Positions 28,247 through 38,627 of a stretch of DNA of 64,000 nucleotides are shown in pieces. The translations under genes were made by a program, and so were the position numbers. Where the stretch lies: the NCBI GenBank assembly GCA_025060595.1, contig JANXBX010000001.1, positions 185,696 through 249,695 of the forward strand. Reading direction: 5' to 3'. The stretch's first letter is position 1; every line of letters begins with the position of its first letter. Source of the DNA: Synergistota bacterium. GTDB taxonomy: Bacteria; Synergistota; GBS-1. The notes under the pieces were generated by a model. The model had not been told where the DNA came from. It ran no database searches and worked only from the letters and a program-made list of their open reading frames with translations.

Positions 28247-30127
28247 CTATCCAGAAATTTTCATAAAAGCTCCCCCGAGAAACATGGTAAACCAGGGGAT
28301 ATAGGTTACTAAGAGAAGAACAGCTATCATAGCTATATAGAAAGGCCATAAGGCCCCTAAAACCTCCTCTATTTTCGCCTTACCTATGGCGCACCCTAAA
28401 AACAAGGTATTACCGACAGGAGGCGTACAAAGACCGATTGAAAGGTTTATAAGAAGTATTATTCCAAACTGGATCGGGGACCAACCTATTTTAGTTACTA
28501 TTGGAAGCAATATAGGAGTCATTATAAGAATTAAGGGGGCCATATCCATTACCATTCCCAAAAGAAGCAATAACCCATTTATAAGAAGCATTAATAAATA
28601 CTTATTATCTGTAATACTAACTAAGCTCTCAGCAACTACCTTAGGAATATTTAAGTAAGCCATAAGATAACCAAAAGCAGAAGCATTAGCTATTAAGAAA
28701 AGAACCATTGCTGATGTAGCAACAGAAACCTTCGAAATCTTTAGTACATCTATTAATTTCATGCCTCTATAAATGAATATAGCGACAAACAACGCATATG
28801 TAGCAGCTATAACCGAAGCCTCTGTAGCAGTGAAAATTCCAAGTGCTATACCAAAGATTATAACTAAAGCCACAAGAAGCCCTAAAAAGGAATCCCTAAA
28901 GCTTATTAAAGCATCTCTCAGAGAGAATCTCTCGGTTATTATCGGATAGTTTCTCTTGCGAGAGATTATATAAGCAGCTATCATCTGCGCCACACCCACC
29001 ATAATGCCAGGAATATAGCCAGCCATAAAAAGAGCCCCTATGGAAACACCGCCTGCAGCAAGAGAATAAATTATCATATTATGGCTCGGAGGTATTATAA
29101 TTCCCAAGGTGGCAGATGTAACCGTAACCCCTATGGAGAAATCCTTATCATAGCCCTCTTTAACCATAGCAGGTATCAATATAGAACCAATTGAAGAAAC
29201 ATCCGCCGCTGACGACCCAGAAACACCTCCAAAGAACATACTAGCTAGGATATTTACTATAGCTAATCCGCCCCTAATTCTCCCAACCAATATTTTGGAA
29301 AAAGCTATTATCTTTTCCGTAATCCCTCCCTCCGTCATTATCTGACCAGCAAGTATAAAGAAAGGTATGGCAAGAAGCATGACAGAGCTCGCCCCCGATG
29401 AGAACCTTTGAAGTATCACGGTCAAAGGAATATTTAAGTAAATAGCTGTTAGAATAGCAGAAAAACCAAGACCCAAGGATATAGGCATACCAATTACCAT
29501 GGTTAAAAAGAAAGTCGAAAAGAGTATAAGAGCACCTTTTACATTTCTCGCAATGTTTGCAAATAAAGGAAATTCAAAAAGTACCCCTAAACCTAAAAAT
29601 AGCAACAGCAGAAAAAGAGATAAAACAAAAACACGCCAACTTGCGCTAGGCAACTTTATGGCTAAGCTTTCTTTAGGCCTTTCCTCCAAAAGTCCACGTA
29701 AAATACCTAAAGTAGTTAAAACCCCGCATAGGGCTACCGGTATATAAATCCAAGCTATGGAAATCCCCAAAACAGGAAGAATGTTAGGAAGCTTACGTGC
29801 AAGCTCAAAGCCATACTTCATAAGAATGACCCCATAGATTAAATTCAAAATCAAAACCATTCTGCTAAGGAGTTTCTGCTCCCATTCTTTAAAGGCACTA
29901 AGAAAGATCTCTATCCTCATATGCAGTCCCTGTTGAACGCCTAAGCCAGATCTCAAGAAGGCAAGCCAAACCAAAAGAAGGCTACCAAGTTCCTCAGCAA
30001 AGGTTACAGGCGCAGCAAAAAGATAACGTCCAAGAACGTGAATAAAAAATATTACCCATATGGATAGCAAGGTCACTATTTCAAAAAGCTCAACACTTAG
30101 CTCTGTAAGAGAAAGTATCTTCTTCAT
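28247..30127 (-). CDS. Fused TRAP permease DctQ-DctM
   Basis: N-terminal DctQ part (RYLF..FAEELG) fused to DctM (LAIPFFILAG, GGVSGSSAAD, IIPPSH, TPPVG). Confidence 0.92.
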   Translation of the reverse strand: MKKILSLTELSVELFEIVTLLSIWVIFFIHVLGRYLFAAPVTFAEELGSLLLVWLAFLRSGLGVQQGLHMRIEIFLSAFKEWEQKLLSRMVLILNLIYGVILMKYGFELARKLPNILPVLGISIAWIYIPVALCGVLTTLGILRGLLEERPKESLAIKLPSASWRVFVLSLFLLLLFLGLGVLFEFPLFANIARNVKGALILFSTFFLTMVIGMPISLGLGFSAILTAIYLNIPLTVILQRFSSGASSVMLLAIPFFILAGQIMTEGGITEKIIAFSKILVGRIRGGLAIVNILASMFFGGVSGSSAADVSSIGSILIPAMVKEGYDKDFSIGVTVTSATLGIIIPPSHNMIIYSLAAGGVSIGALFMAGYIPGIMVGVAQMIAAYIISRKRNYPIITERFSLRDALISFRDSFLGLLVALVIIFGIALGIFTATEASVIAATYALFVAIFIYRGMKLIDVLKISKVSVATSAMVLFLIANASAFGYLMAYLNIPKVVAESLVSITDNKYLLMLLINGLLLLLGMVMDMAPLILIMTPILLPIVTKIGWSPIQFGIILLINLSIGLCTPPVGNTLFLGCAIGKAKIEEVLGALWPFYIAMIAVLLLVTYIPWFTMFLGGAFMKISG

Positions 30128-30153
30128 TTCGCTTTACCCCCTGAGTCAAGGTC

Positions 30154-30188
30154 AGGGTGAGCTCCCTCTTTAAAAGGGAACTCACCCT
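30154..30188. other. Stem-loop between dctP and dctQM
   Basis: AGGGTGAGCTCCCT...AGGGAACTCACCCT near-perfect inverted repeat. Confidence 0.6.
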
Positions 30189-30213
30189 CCAAACCACTTG
30201 AGCTTCCTAAAAA

Positions 30214-31179
30214 CTATTTAACTGCCAATATCTTGTCTATTAACTCCTTATACTTAGAATACTGATCATAGAAGGGCTTTATAGCCTGCTGGAAAGGCCC
30301 CTTATCAGGATTGTATATCTTTGCTCCTCCCTCTTGAACCGCTTTCAAGCTTCTCTCCTCAAACTGTTTCCATAAGATCCTCTGGTAAACTGAAGCAGCC
30401 TGTCCAGCCATCTTAAATATCATTTTCTCCTCAGGAGATAACTTCTCCCATACGCTCTTAGACATTATGACTAACTCCGGAATTCTCGTATGCTCATCCA
30501 AACTATAGTGCTTAGCCACCTCAAAGTGCTTCATAGCATAATAGCTTGGAGGATTATTCTCAGCACCATCTACGACTCCAGTCTGAAGAGCACTGTAAAC
30601 TTCACCAAAGGGAAGATGCACTGGTGCTCCTCCAAGGAACTTAACCATGTTAGTCAGGACAGGAGATTCAGGAACCCTTATTTTCAACCCCTTTACATCC
30701 TCAGGTTTCATTATAGGCGCTTTAATGGTATAAAAACTCCTTGCTCCTGCCTCAAACCAAGCTAAAGCTACAAGATTCAAATTCTTTGACATACTATCAA
30801 TAAGCTCTTGACCAGGGGCACCAAGAACAGCTTGCCACTGATGATCATAATTTCTAAAAAGGTAAGGTAATGATAAAATTCCCATGGGCTCATAAAAGCC
30901 AGATAAGGTCAATGTTGAACATCTGACCATCTCTATAGCTCCAAGAAGGGCTTGCTCTATAGTTTCTTTCTCTGAACCCAATTGAGCACCTGGATAAACT
31001 TGAATCTTATACTTCCCCTTAGTCGCTTCCTCAACAACCTTACCTAGGAACTTAACCGCTTCAACTGTCGGATATCCATCAGGCTGATTATCAGCAGATT
31101 TGAAAACAACCGGCGCCTGCGCCCACGATACCGAGACCAGCAAAACCACAACTAGCATAGCTAAACACCACTTCCTCAT
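30214..31179 (-). CDS. dctP: TRAP substrate-binding protein, probably for a hexuronate
   Basis: Signal peptide; ADNQPDGYPT, GARSFY, GLKIRVPES, GVVDGAENN, LDEHTRIPE; uronate gene context. Confidence 0.92.
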   Translation of the reverse strand: MRKWCLAMLVVVLLVSVSWAQAPVVFKSADNQPDGYPTVEAVKFLGKVVEEATKGKYKIQVYPGAQLGSEKETIEQALLGAIEMVRCSTLTLSGFYEPMGILSLPYLFRNYDHQWQAVLGAPGQELIDSMSKNLNLVALAWFEAGARSFYTIKAPIMKPEDVKGLKIRVPESPVLTNMVKFLGGAPVHLPFGEVYSALQTGVVDGAENNPPSYYAMKHFEVAKHYSLDEHTRIPELVIMSKSVWEKLSPEEKMIFKMAGQAASVYQRILWKQFEERSLKAVQEGGAKIYNPDKGPFQQAIKPFYDQYSKYKELIDKILAVK

Positions 31180-31330
31180 ACTTATCCCCCCTCCTTCTGT
31201 ATACTAGTATTCATATACAGATTATCTTATAAAGAGCTCTTTAATCAATCTTAAAAAATCAATAATATGCTGCACGAGGTTTTGAATTCTTCCATTTTTT
31301 TTCAAATATCTTTAAATCTCTTTAAAAGAG

Positions 31331-32071
31331 TCAATAACCAAGTTTTTTTGAGATTTCTTCCGCTGCTTTTTTCAAGGCTGAAGCACAAATCTCTATGACT
31401 TCACCGGTTAGCTTCTGAGAAGCTCCCGATATGCTCATACCAGCTATTGGATAACCATTATGATCAAAAATTGGTACCCCCACACACTTTATACCTATTT
31501 CATTCTCTTCATTATCAATAGAAAAACCTCTTTCTCTAATCCTCTTAAGCTCTTCCTTAAGCCTAAGAGGATCAGTAATAGTGTTGGGAGTTTTACGCTC
31601 CAGGTTAACTTTTGAAAGATACTCTTCAAGTTCTTTTTCGGGTAAATAAGCCAAAATCGCCTTACCAGAAGCTGAGGAGTAAAGCTGGATTTTCATCCCC
31701 ACCCTAGAAACCATAGGAATACTATTCACACCTTCAACCTTATCAATGTAAACCCCGTCAAAACCATCTTTAAGAACGAGATGAACAGTTTGAGCCGTTT
31801 TTGACATCACATCTACAAGGTAAGGATGAGCTATTTCCCTTAAGTCTATCTTTCTTAAGACCATCGAACCATATTCAGCTAACTTATATCCTGGAACATA
31901 TCTCTTATCCCTTTTTCTCGTTACAAAACCATATTCCTCAAAAACCTTCAAATACTTATATGCATTAGAAACGCTCATCTTGAATTTCCTGGCTACATCA
32001 CTTACACTAACATCACCAGGAGATGAAATCAAATAATCTAAAATCTCAATAGCCCTTCTTAGAGTGTTCAC
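31331..32071 (-). CDS. IclR-family regulator (KdgR-like)
   Basis: N-terminal HTH; SASGKAILA, DNEENEIGIKCVGVPIFD; divergent from uxaC. Confidence 0.93.
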   Translation of the reverse strand: MNTLRRAIEILDYLISSPGDVSVSDVARKFKMSVSNAYKYLKVFEEYGFVTRKRDKRYVPGYKLAEYGSMVLRKIDLREIAHPYLVDVMSKTAQTVHLVLKDGFDGVYIDKVEGVNSIPMVSRVGMKIQLYSSASGKAILAYLPEKELEEYLSKVNLERKTPNTITDPLRLKEELKRIRERGFSIDNEENEIGIKCVGVPIFDHNGYPIAGMSISGASQKLTGEVIEICASALKKAAEEISKKLGY

Positions 32072-32163
32072 CTCTCTTCCCCTCCTTACCCATTTTAAAC
32101 ATTTATGATATTATAATACCATTAGGAAAATAACTTTCACAATCTTAAATAGGGGGTGGAAAA

Positions 32164-33528
32164 ATGTTTTTAGGAGAAAAATACCTCCTTACGAACGAAA
32201 CTGCCAAAAAAATTTACGAAAACATTCAAAATCTCCCAATTTTAGATCCTCACAACCACCTTGAGGCAAAAGAGATACTTGAAAACAAAAATTGGAACGA
32301 CATATGGGAAGCAGAAGGAGCAACAGATCATTATGTATGGAGCTTAATGAGAAGATGCGGAATAAAAGAGGAATACATAACTGGGAAAAGGACAAATAAG
32401 GAAAAATGGCTTGCCTTGGCTAAGGTCTTTCCAAACTTTGCAGGGAACCCAACTTATGAATGGATTCACCTTGACCTATGGAGGACCCTAAGAATAGAAA
32501 AGATCGTCTCTGAGGAAACAGCAGAGGAAATATGGGAAGAAAGCAAAAAAATCCTGGAAAGCGAAAATTTCAAACCTCAAGAAATTTTAAAGAATATAAA
32601 GGCTGAAATCTTGTGTACCACAGATGATCCATCTTCAGACTTAAGCTACCACTATAAGGCATCCCAAGAGATAAAGGAATTCAAAATACTTCCTACATGG
32701 AGACCTGACAATGCAATAAACATAGAAAAGGAGGAGTGGAAGAGCTATGTAGTAACTCTTGGAGAAATTTACAATGAGGATATTTCTAATCTAGATGGCT
32801 TCCTAAGGACCTTGTGGAAATCACATGAGAAGTTTAAAAAACACGGATGTGTAGGAAGCGACCATGCTATTCTTTACCCATACATAAAATTCGTTGAAAA
32901 AAAGAGTGCAGAAAAAATATATAGCAGAGCAATTTCAGGACAAAAACTTGAAGAAAATGAGATAAAAGACTTTAAATCCTTTATGATGATAGAGTTCGGC
33001 AAAATGAACCAAGAAACAGATTGGGTTACACAGCTTCACATTGGTGCCTTAAGAGACTATAGGGATAGCCTTTTTAAAACTTTAGGACCAAATTCGGGAG
33101 GGGACATCTCTACAAACTTCATAGAAATAGCCGAAGGATTAAGGTTCTTTTTAAATGAATTTGATAGCAAGTTAAAGATAGTCCTATATGTATTAGATCC
33201 CACCCATCTCCCCACAATAGCAACTATAGCAAGAGCCTTTCCTAACATATTCCTAGGAGCTCCATGGTGGTTTAATGATAGCCCATACGGTATGGAAACA
33301 TATCTTAAGTATACAGCAACTGTTGACATTCTCTATAACCTTGCAGGAATGGTCACCGACTCTAGAAAGCTCTTATCCTTTGGTTCCAGAATAGAAGTTT
33401 TCAGAAGGGTATTATCAAACGTTCTTGGAGAAATGGTAGAAAAAGGGCAAATACCTTATAAAGAGGCTTTAAGGCTTGCTGAACGCATATCCTACAGCGG
33501 ACCTAAAGAGATCTTCTTCAAACTTTGA
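32164..33528 (+). CDS. uxaC: Uronate isomerase
   Basis: PILDPHNH, DHYVW, GNPTYEWIHLDL, CTTDDP, PTWRPD, QLHIGA, GAPWWFND, TDSRKLLSF. Confidence 0.96.
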   Translation: MFLGEKYLLTNETAKKIYENIQNLPILDPHNHLEAKEILENKNWNDIWEAEGATDHYVWSLMRRCGIKEEYITGKRTNKEKWLALAKVFPNFAGNPTYEWIHLDLWRTLRIEKIVSEETAEEIWEESKKILESENFKPQEILKNIKAEILCTTDDPSSDLSYHYKASQEIKEFKILPTWRPDNAINIEKEEWKSYVVTLGEIYNEDISNLDGFLRTLWKSHEKFKKHGCVGSDHAILYPYIKFVEKKSAEKIYSRAISGQKLEENEIKDFKSFMMIEFGKMNQETDWVTQLHIGALRDYRDSLFKTLGPNSGGDISTNFIEIAEGLRFFLNEFDSKLKIVLYVLDPTHLPTIATIARAFPNIFLGAPWWFNDSPYGMETYLKYTATVDILYNLAGMVTDSRKLLSFGSRIEVFRRVLSNVLGEMVEKGQIPYKEALRLAERISYSGPKEIFFKL

Positions 33529-33534
33529 TATAAT
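33526..33534 (+). promoter_or_regulatory. Extended -10 promoter overlapping the uxaC stop (leaderless met operon)
   Basis: TGATATAAT ending 7 nt before ATG 33542; no SD. Confidence 0.5.
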
Positions 33535-33541
33535 ATGATAC

Positions 33542-34159
33542 ATGAGCTTTGAGCTTCTCTTAAGAAATATACCCTTAGAAATAAAGATAGAAGAGGTCAG
33601 AAGATACCTAGGAGAATATAAGGGGATAACAGAGATACCTAAGGAAATAAACTCTTTAATAGAAAGGTTAACTTTGTTTTCCAGAACCCTGATTACACCA
33701 TCAGCAACCTCGAAAAGCTTCAATATACTATCCTTTTCAGATAATATTATTGAAACTGAGGTAGTGAAACTTCCTGGTAGAGACATAGCTAAACTGCTTA
33801 GAAACTCTAAACAAGTTATATTCTGCGCAACTACTATAGGAAACACACTAGAAGAGGAGATAAATAGGCTCATAGATGAGAAAAGAATCCTTGAAGCAAC
33901 AATATTAGACGCTATAGGATCGACAGCTGCAGATACTGCAATGGACTATTTAAATAATTTGCTTAAAGCTGAGGCGATCCGTAAAGGCCTAAGCTTAACA
34001 AGAAGATATAGCCCAGGATATGGAGATTTTCCTCTTTCAATCCAGGAAAGCCTAGTTAAGTTTTCTGGGGGAGACTCTATAGGAATAAGAGTCTCCCCCT
34101 CATATATGCTTATACCAAGAAAATCAGTCACAGCTATAATAGGGGTGATGAAAAATTGA
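33542..34159 (+). CDS. Stand-alone methionine synthase reactivation (SAM-binding) domain
   Basis: LDAIGS, RRYSPGYGDFPL, MLIPRKSVTAIIG; adjacent to MetH. Confidence 0.88.
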   Translation: MSFELLLRNIPLEIKIEEVRRYLGEYKGITEIPKEINSLIERLTLFSRTLITPSATSKSFNILSFSDNIIETEVVKLPGRDIAKLLRNSKQVIFCATTIGNTLEEEINRLIDEKRILEATILDAIGSTAADTAMDYLNNLLKAEAIRKGLSLTRRYSPGYGDFPLSIQESLVKFSGGDSIGIRVSPSYMLIPRKSVTAIIGVMKN

Positions 34160-36495
34160 AGCTTGACTTTGAAAAGATAATGATACTAGATGGAGCAATG
34201 GGCACAGAGCTATACAAGAGAGGACTTCCCTCCACAGCCATACCTGAGGAGCTCAACCTCTCAAACCCAGAAATAGTAAAAGAGGTTCACAAGGCCTACG
34301 TAGAAGCAGGAGCTGACATAATAACTACAAACTCCTTTGGAGGAAACAGAATAAAGCTCCAAAGCAAAGGGCTTTCTCACAAACTCTACGAGATAAATAA
34401 AAAGGCTGCTGAGATAGCTAAAGAGGCCTCAGCAGGGAAATCTTTAGTAGCAGGTTCCTTAGGTCCTTTAGGTAGAATGATTGAACCCTTGGGGGATCTA
34501 TCCTTTGAGGAAGCAGTAAGCATCTTTAAGGAACAAGGATTAGCGCTTGCCGATGGAGGGGTTGACCTTTTTCTTATTGAAACAGCCATAGACATAATGG
34601 AGGTAAAAGCAGCAATACTAGGGTTAAGGGAACTTCCCATTAAGAAGCCTATAATATGCTCTTTAACCTTTACAGAGGGAACCCTTACAGTAACTGGAAC
34701 ATCGCCTTCCGTAGGAGCGGTAAGCTTAACCTCCTGGAGGGTTAACGGATTAGGAGCAAACTGTGGAACTAATCCCTTTATATTTCCAGAGATAATAAAA
34801 GAAATGGCAAGCTATACGGAAATCCCAATAATAGCATATCCCAATGCTGGTCCTCCTGAAAAGTGGGATGAGGTTCCTCCAGAAAAGTTCTTGGAACTTG
34901 GACTCGAAATTTATAATTCTGGAGCCAACATCATAGGAGGTTGTTGCGGAACCACACCCTTCCACATAAGTTTGCTTGCAAAGGAAATTAAAGGTAAAAG
35001 AGTAGTAAAAAGATCCTTAAGAAAAGGGATTTTCCTTACAAGTAGATCCAAAATAGTTGTTTGTGATGACAGTAAAACTATAGTGATAGGGGAAAGAATA
35101 AATCCCTCTGGAAGAAAAGCTCTTGCAGAAGAGCTAAAACAAGGTAAGTTTGAAACTTTAAAAAGAGACGCTATAGAACAAGAGCTTGCAGGAGCTGACC
35201 TTATAGATTTAAATGTAGGCGTTCCTGAAACAGATAGAAAGGCTTTGATGAGAAAAGCAACCATTGAGCTTCTTAAGATAATAAGCTCGCCTCTATCCTT
35301 TGATAGCGATGATCCGGAAGTCATAGAAGCTGGTTTAAAGATATATCCAGGAAAGCCTATTTTAAACTCAACAACAGCGAAAAAAGAGGCATTAGAGAAA
35401 ACACTACCTTTGGCCCAAAAGTATGGAGCCGTAATAATAGGACTTACCATAACTGAAAAGGGCATACCTGAAAGCGTAGAAGAGAGAGTTAAAGCAGCCT
35501 ACAAAATAATCGAAGCAGCCCAGTTTTATGGAATTCCCCCACAAGAGGTTATTATCGACCCATTAACTTTACCAGCTGGAGCTCAGGATCCAACTATAAC
35601 CTTAGAAACCATAAGAAGGCTTAACAAAGATGGAATTAAAACTATCTTAGGAATATCAAACGTCTCTCATGGCTTACCAGGGAGAGAAATCCTAAACTCA
35701 GCATTCCTAGCTATGGCCATTTCGGCTGGACTATCTTTCGCTATAATAAATCCCCTTAAAAAAGAGCTTATGGAAACTGTACTCGCTTCAGACGCATTAA
35801 CCGGCAAAGATAAAAAGGGAGAGAGATTTATAAGACTGATAGGTCCTAAAAGAGAAGAAAAAGAGTTAAGGGTTTCCGACCTAACCTTAAAGGAACTAAT
35901 AATAAGGGGTGAATCTGAAAGTGCTTCTAAAGAAGCGGAAAGGCTTATAAAATCTGGAGAGGAGCCTTTTTCAATAATAGAAAAATACGTCATACCAGGT
36001 CTCGAAGATGTTGGAGAAAAGTATGAAAAAAAGATCTACTTTTTACCACAACTTATAGCCTCTGCAGAAGCTGCAAGTTCGGTATTCGAGACAGTTAAGG
36101 CATTTTCTCTAAGGACTAACTCTCGAAAAGGAAGGATAGTTATGGCAACCGTTGAAGGAGACCTTCACGACCTCGGGAAAAAGATAGTAGGACTTGTTCT
36201 TGAAAGCTTCGGATACGAGATAATAGATCTCGGAAAGGATGTTCCAGCAACAGAGGTTTTAAGGAAGTCACAAGAATTAAAACCCGACGTCGTTGGATTA
36301 AGCTGTCTAATGACAACAACGCTTGATAATATGAAAAAAACTGTAAGGCTAATTAAAGAAAACCTACCAGAGATAAAGATCATGGTAGGAGGAGCGGCGG
36401 TAAATGAAGGCTTTGCAAAAGCCTGTGGTGCCGATGGATATGGTAAAGATCCTTTTCAAGCTGTTGAGCTAGTCAGAAGGTGGATTAAAAGATGA
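34156..36495 (+). CDS. metH: Cobalamin-dependent methionine synthase (Hcy, pterin, cap and B12 domains)
   Basis: LDGAMGT, GANC, GGCCGTTP, IGERINPSG, LGISNVSHG, EGDLHDLGK (DxHxxG), GLSCLMTTT, VGGA. Confidence 0.93.
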   Translation: MKLDFEKIMILDGAMGTELYKRGLPSTAIPEELNLSNPEIVKEVHKAYVEAGADIITTNSFGGNRIKLQSKGLSHKLYEINKKAAEIAKEASAGKSLVAGSLGPLGRMIEPLGDLSFEEAVSIFKEQGLALADGGVDLFLIETAIDIMEVKAAILGLRELPIKKPIICSLTFTEGTLTVTGTSPSVGAVSLTSWRVNGLGANCGTNPFIFPEIIKEMASYTEIPIIAYPNAGPPEKWDEVPPEKFLELGLEIYNSGANIIGGCCGTTPFHISLLAKEIKGKRVVKRSLRKGIFLTSRSKIVVCDDSKTIVIGERINPSGRKALAEELKQGKFETLKRDAIEQELAGADLIDLNVGVPETDRKALMRKATIELLKIISSPLSFDSDDPEVIEAGLKIYPGKPILNSTTAKKEALEKTLPLAQKYGAVIIGLTITEKGIPESVEERVKAAYKIIEAAQFYGIPPQEVIIDPLTLPAGAQDPTITLETIRRLNKDGIKTILGISNVSHGLPGREILNSAFLAMAISAGLSFAIINPLKKELMETVLASDALTGKDKKGERFIRLIGPKREEKELRVSDLTLKELIIRGESESASKEAERLIKSGEEPFSIIEKYVIPGLEDVGEKYEKKIYFLPQLIASAEAASSVFETVKAFSLRTNSRKGRIVMATVEGDLHDLGKKIVGLVLESFGYEIIDLGKDVPATEVLRKSQELKPDVVGLSCLMTTTLDNMKKTVRLIKENLPEIKIMVGGAAVNEGFAKACGADGYGKDPFQAVELVRRWIKR

Positions 36496-37658
36496 CAGTT
36501 GAAGAAGAGTTTACTATATATGAGGGCACCCCTTATCACGTTGGTTTTCCAGATGTGGAAAAAGCTCCCAATGGAGACATAATAGTTGTATTTAGATTGG
36601 GAAGTGCACACGTTTGGGGAAGAGACGGAAAGATATACTTATCAAGAAGCAAGGACAAGGGCAAAACCTGGGAAACAAAAGAAGCTCTCCATATACCAGG
36701 AAGATTTATCAAATATGAAGGAGAATACAGGCTTCTTTCCGATGATAGGGATCCCTCTATTAAAGCCCTCTCAAATGGGAAAATGATATTAAGCTGGTTT
36801 CACTGGGGAGAAGGAGACAGAGATAATCCAACCAGCTCGATTTATATATCTATAAGCAATGATAATGGAGAAACATGGGAAGATCCACGCTTAGTCTTTT
36901 TTAACGGAGCAACATCAGACAAGATACTGGAAGCAGAAAAGGGTCTTCTTTTTCTTCCAGCTTATGGAACATTAAGTGAAAGTTACTCATCAGCATTTCT
37001 TATAATAAGCGAAAACTATGGGGAAACTTGGGAGGAAAAACCGATAGTTATAGTTAATGGAAACAAATTTAGAATAAACTTCTACGAACCAGCAATAGCT
37101 AAGGTAAATGAAAAAGAGCTTATTTGTGTCTTAAGAACAGACATAGGACCCTTATACTTGTCTCGATCCAAAGATAACGGAGAGACATGGAGCGAACCTG
37201 AGCCATTACCTTTCTACGGGCATGCACCTCATTTACTTAAGCTAATTAACGGAGACTTAATCTTGAGTTTCAGAGATGTGGAACTATATTTCACAGAAAA
37301 ATGGTTCTGGGAAAAGCTCCTTTACAACTTAGGACTAAGAGAAGAAAATCCCTCCTCTCCATTTCCTAAGGGTGAGCTTCTTCCTGAAACTACAGTAATA
37401 GTCAAAGCTTCTCCCCCAGAATACAACTTTAAAAATAGCGAAAAGAAAATAATATATAAACCAAAGGGATATATAATGGAAAATGGGGATATCCTCTTTG
37501 GAGATTCGGGATATCCTTCAGCGATTGAGCTTGAGGATAATAAGATTCTCTTTGTTTTATACGAAGCCCCTTACGGATATAGAGGGAAATACAGCCCTTG
37601 GAGCAGAATAATAGGAATAAAGATAGAAATAGGAGAACCCGGGAGAGGTGATAAATAA
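36492..37658 (+). CDS. BNR/Asp-box beta-propeller (sialidase-like) protein
   Basis: Four Asp boxes [32 protein letters not shown]; [20 protein letters not shown]; no signal peptide. Confidence 0.85.
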   Translation: MTVEEEFTIYEGTPYHVGFPDVEKAPNGDIIVVFRLGSAHVWGRDGKIYLSRSKDKGKTWETKEALHIPGRFIKYEGEYRLLSDDRDPSIKALSNGKMILSWFHWGEGDRDNPTSSIYISISNDNGETWEDPRLVFFNGATSDKILEAEKGLLFLPAYGTLSESYSSAFLIISENYGETWEEKPIVIVNGNKFRINFYEPAIAKVNEKELICVLRTDIGPLYLSRSKDNGETWSEPEPLPFYGHAPHLLKLINGDLILSFRDVELYFTEKWFWEKLLYNLGLREENPSSPFPKGELLPETTVIVKASPPEYNFKNSEKKIIYKPKGYIMENGDILFGDSGYPSAIELEDNKILFVLYEAPYGYRGKYSPWSRIIGIKIEIGEPGRGDK

Positions 37659-38526
37659 AATGTATAAAGGTGTAATTTTTGTCGGAGGAGGAAAGGGCGC
37701 CTTAAGTTTGCTCAAGCAATTTAAAAAACTAAACCTAAATATATCTGGAGTAATGGATGTAAGACCAGATGCTCCAGCGGTACTCGAAGCTAAAAAATAT
37801 GGCATATTCACAACTACTAAGCTAGATGAGCTTTTGTCCCGTCCTCATGACCTAATAATAGAAGTAACTGGAAAAGAAGAGGTAGTAGAAGAAGTGGAAA
37901 GAAAAAGAGCGCCTCACGTAAGCTTGATTAAATCAAAAGATGCAAGATTCATATGGGATATAATAGAGCGCGAAGAGAAAGAAAAGGAGCTATTAATAGA
38001 GCAAATAAAACTTCTAAGCGAAACAAAAGGAAGTATAGAATACTCTCTACCAGCTGTTTTAAAACTTTCGGAAACGTTACCTAAAGAAACAGAGGAAGTT
38101 AAAAACGTATCTACATTTCTAACAAGCAGAATAGAAAATCTTATAAACGAAGCTGAAAAGCTCAACGGTATAATTAAATCTATACAAGGAATAGCAAAAC
38201 AGACTAAAATGATAGGTCTTAATGCATCCATTGAGGCAGCAAGAGCAGGAGAATTGGGTAGAGGCTTCGCCGTTGTCGCAAGCGAAGTAAGCAAACTTGC
38301 AGACCAAAGCTCAAGTTCAGCCGGTGAGATATCAAACACCTTAAACTATTTGAAACAAAATATATTATCTCTCAAAGATCCTGTAGAAAACATAAAAGAA
38401 ACCATTGAAAGATGCAATATCCTAGCAGAGGAACTTAAATCTACCGCAACTACACTAAAGAATGCCATAACAGCGCTTCTTCAAATAGAGGAAAAGCTTT
38501 TAACCTTGACCAGAAACGGAGCTTAA
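37648..38526 (+). CDS. Soluble methyl-accepting chemotaxis protein with N-terminal Rossmann-like domain
   Basis: [33 protein letters not shown] signalling tip; N-terminal VIFVGGGKG...DLIIEVTG; no TM segment. Confidence 0.88.
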   Translation: MINKMYKGVIFVGGGKGALSLLKQFKKLNLNISGVMDVRPDAPAVLEAKKYGIFTTTKLDELLSRPHDLIIEVTGKEEVVEEVERKRAPHVSLIKSKDARFIWDIIEREEKEKELLIEQIKLLSETKGSIEYSLPAVLKLSETLPKETEEVKNVSTFLTSRIENLINEAEKLNGIIKSIQGIAKQTKMIGLNASIEAARAGELGRGFAVVASEVSKLADQSSSSAGEISNTLNYLKQNILSLKDPVENIKETIERCNILAEELKSTATTLKNAITALLQIEEKLLTLTRNGA

Positions 38527-38534
38527 GGTAAAAT
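38506..38534 (+). promoter_or_regulatory. Sigma70 promoter for tRNA-Pro
   Basis: TTGACC-17 nt-TAAAAT ending 10 nt upstream of the tRNA. Confidence 0.65.
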
Positions 38535-38544
38535 AAGCGCAGGT

Positions 38545-38622
38545 CGGGGTGTAGCGCAGACTGGTTAGCGCGCCTGCTTCGGGAGCAGGAGGTCACCGGT
38601 TCGAGTCCGGTCACCCCGACCA
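38545..38622 (+). tRNA. tRNA-Pro (CGG)
   Basis: CGGGGTG/CACCCCG acceptor stem, anticodon arm CCTGC-TTCGGGA-GCAGG, GGTTCGAGTCC T-loop, encoded CCA. Confidence 0.97.
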
Positions 38623-38627
38623 TGCTT

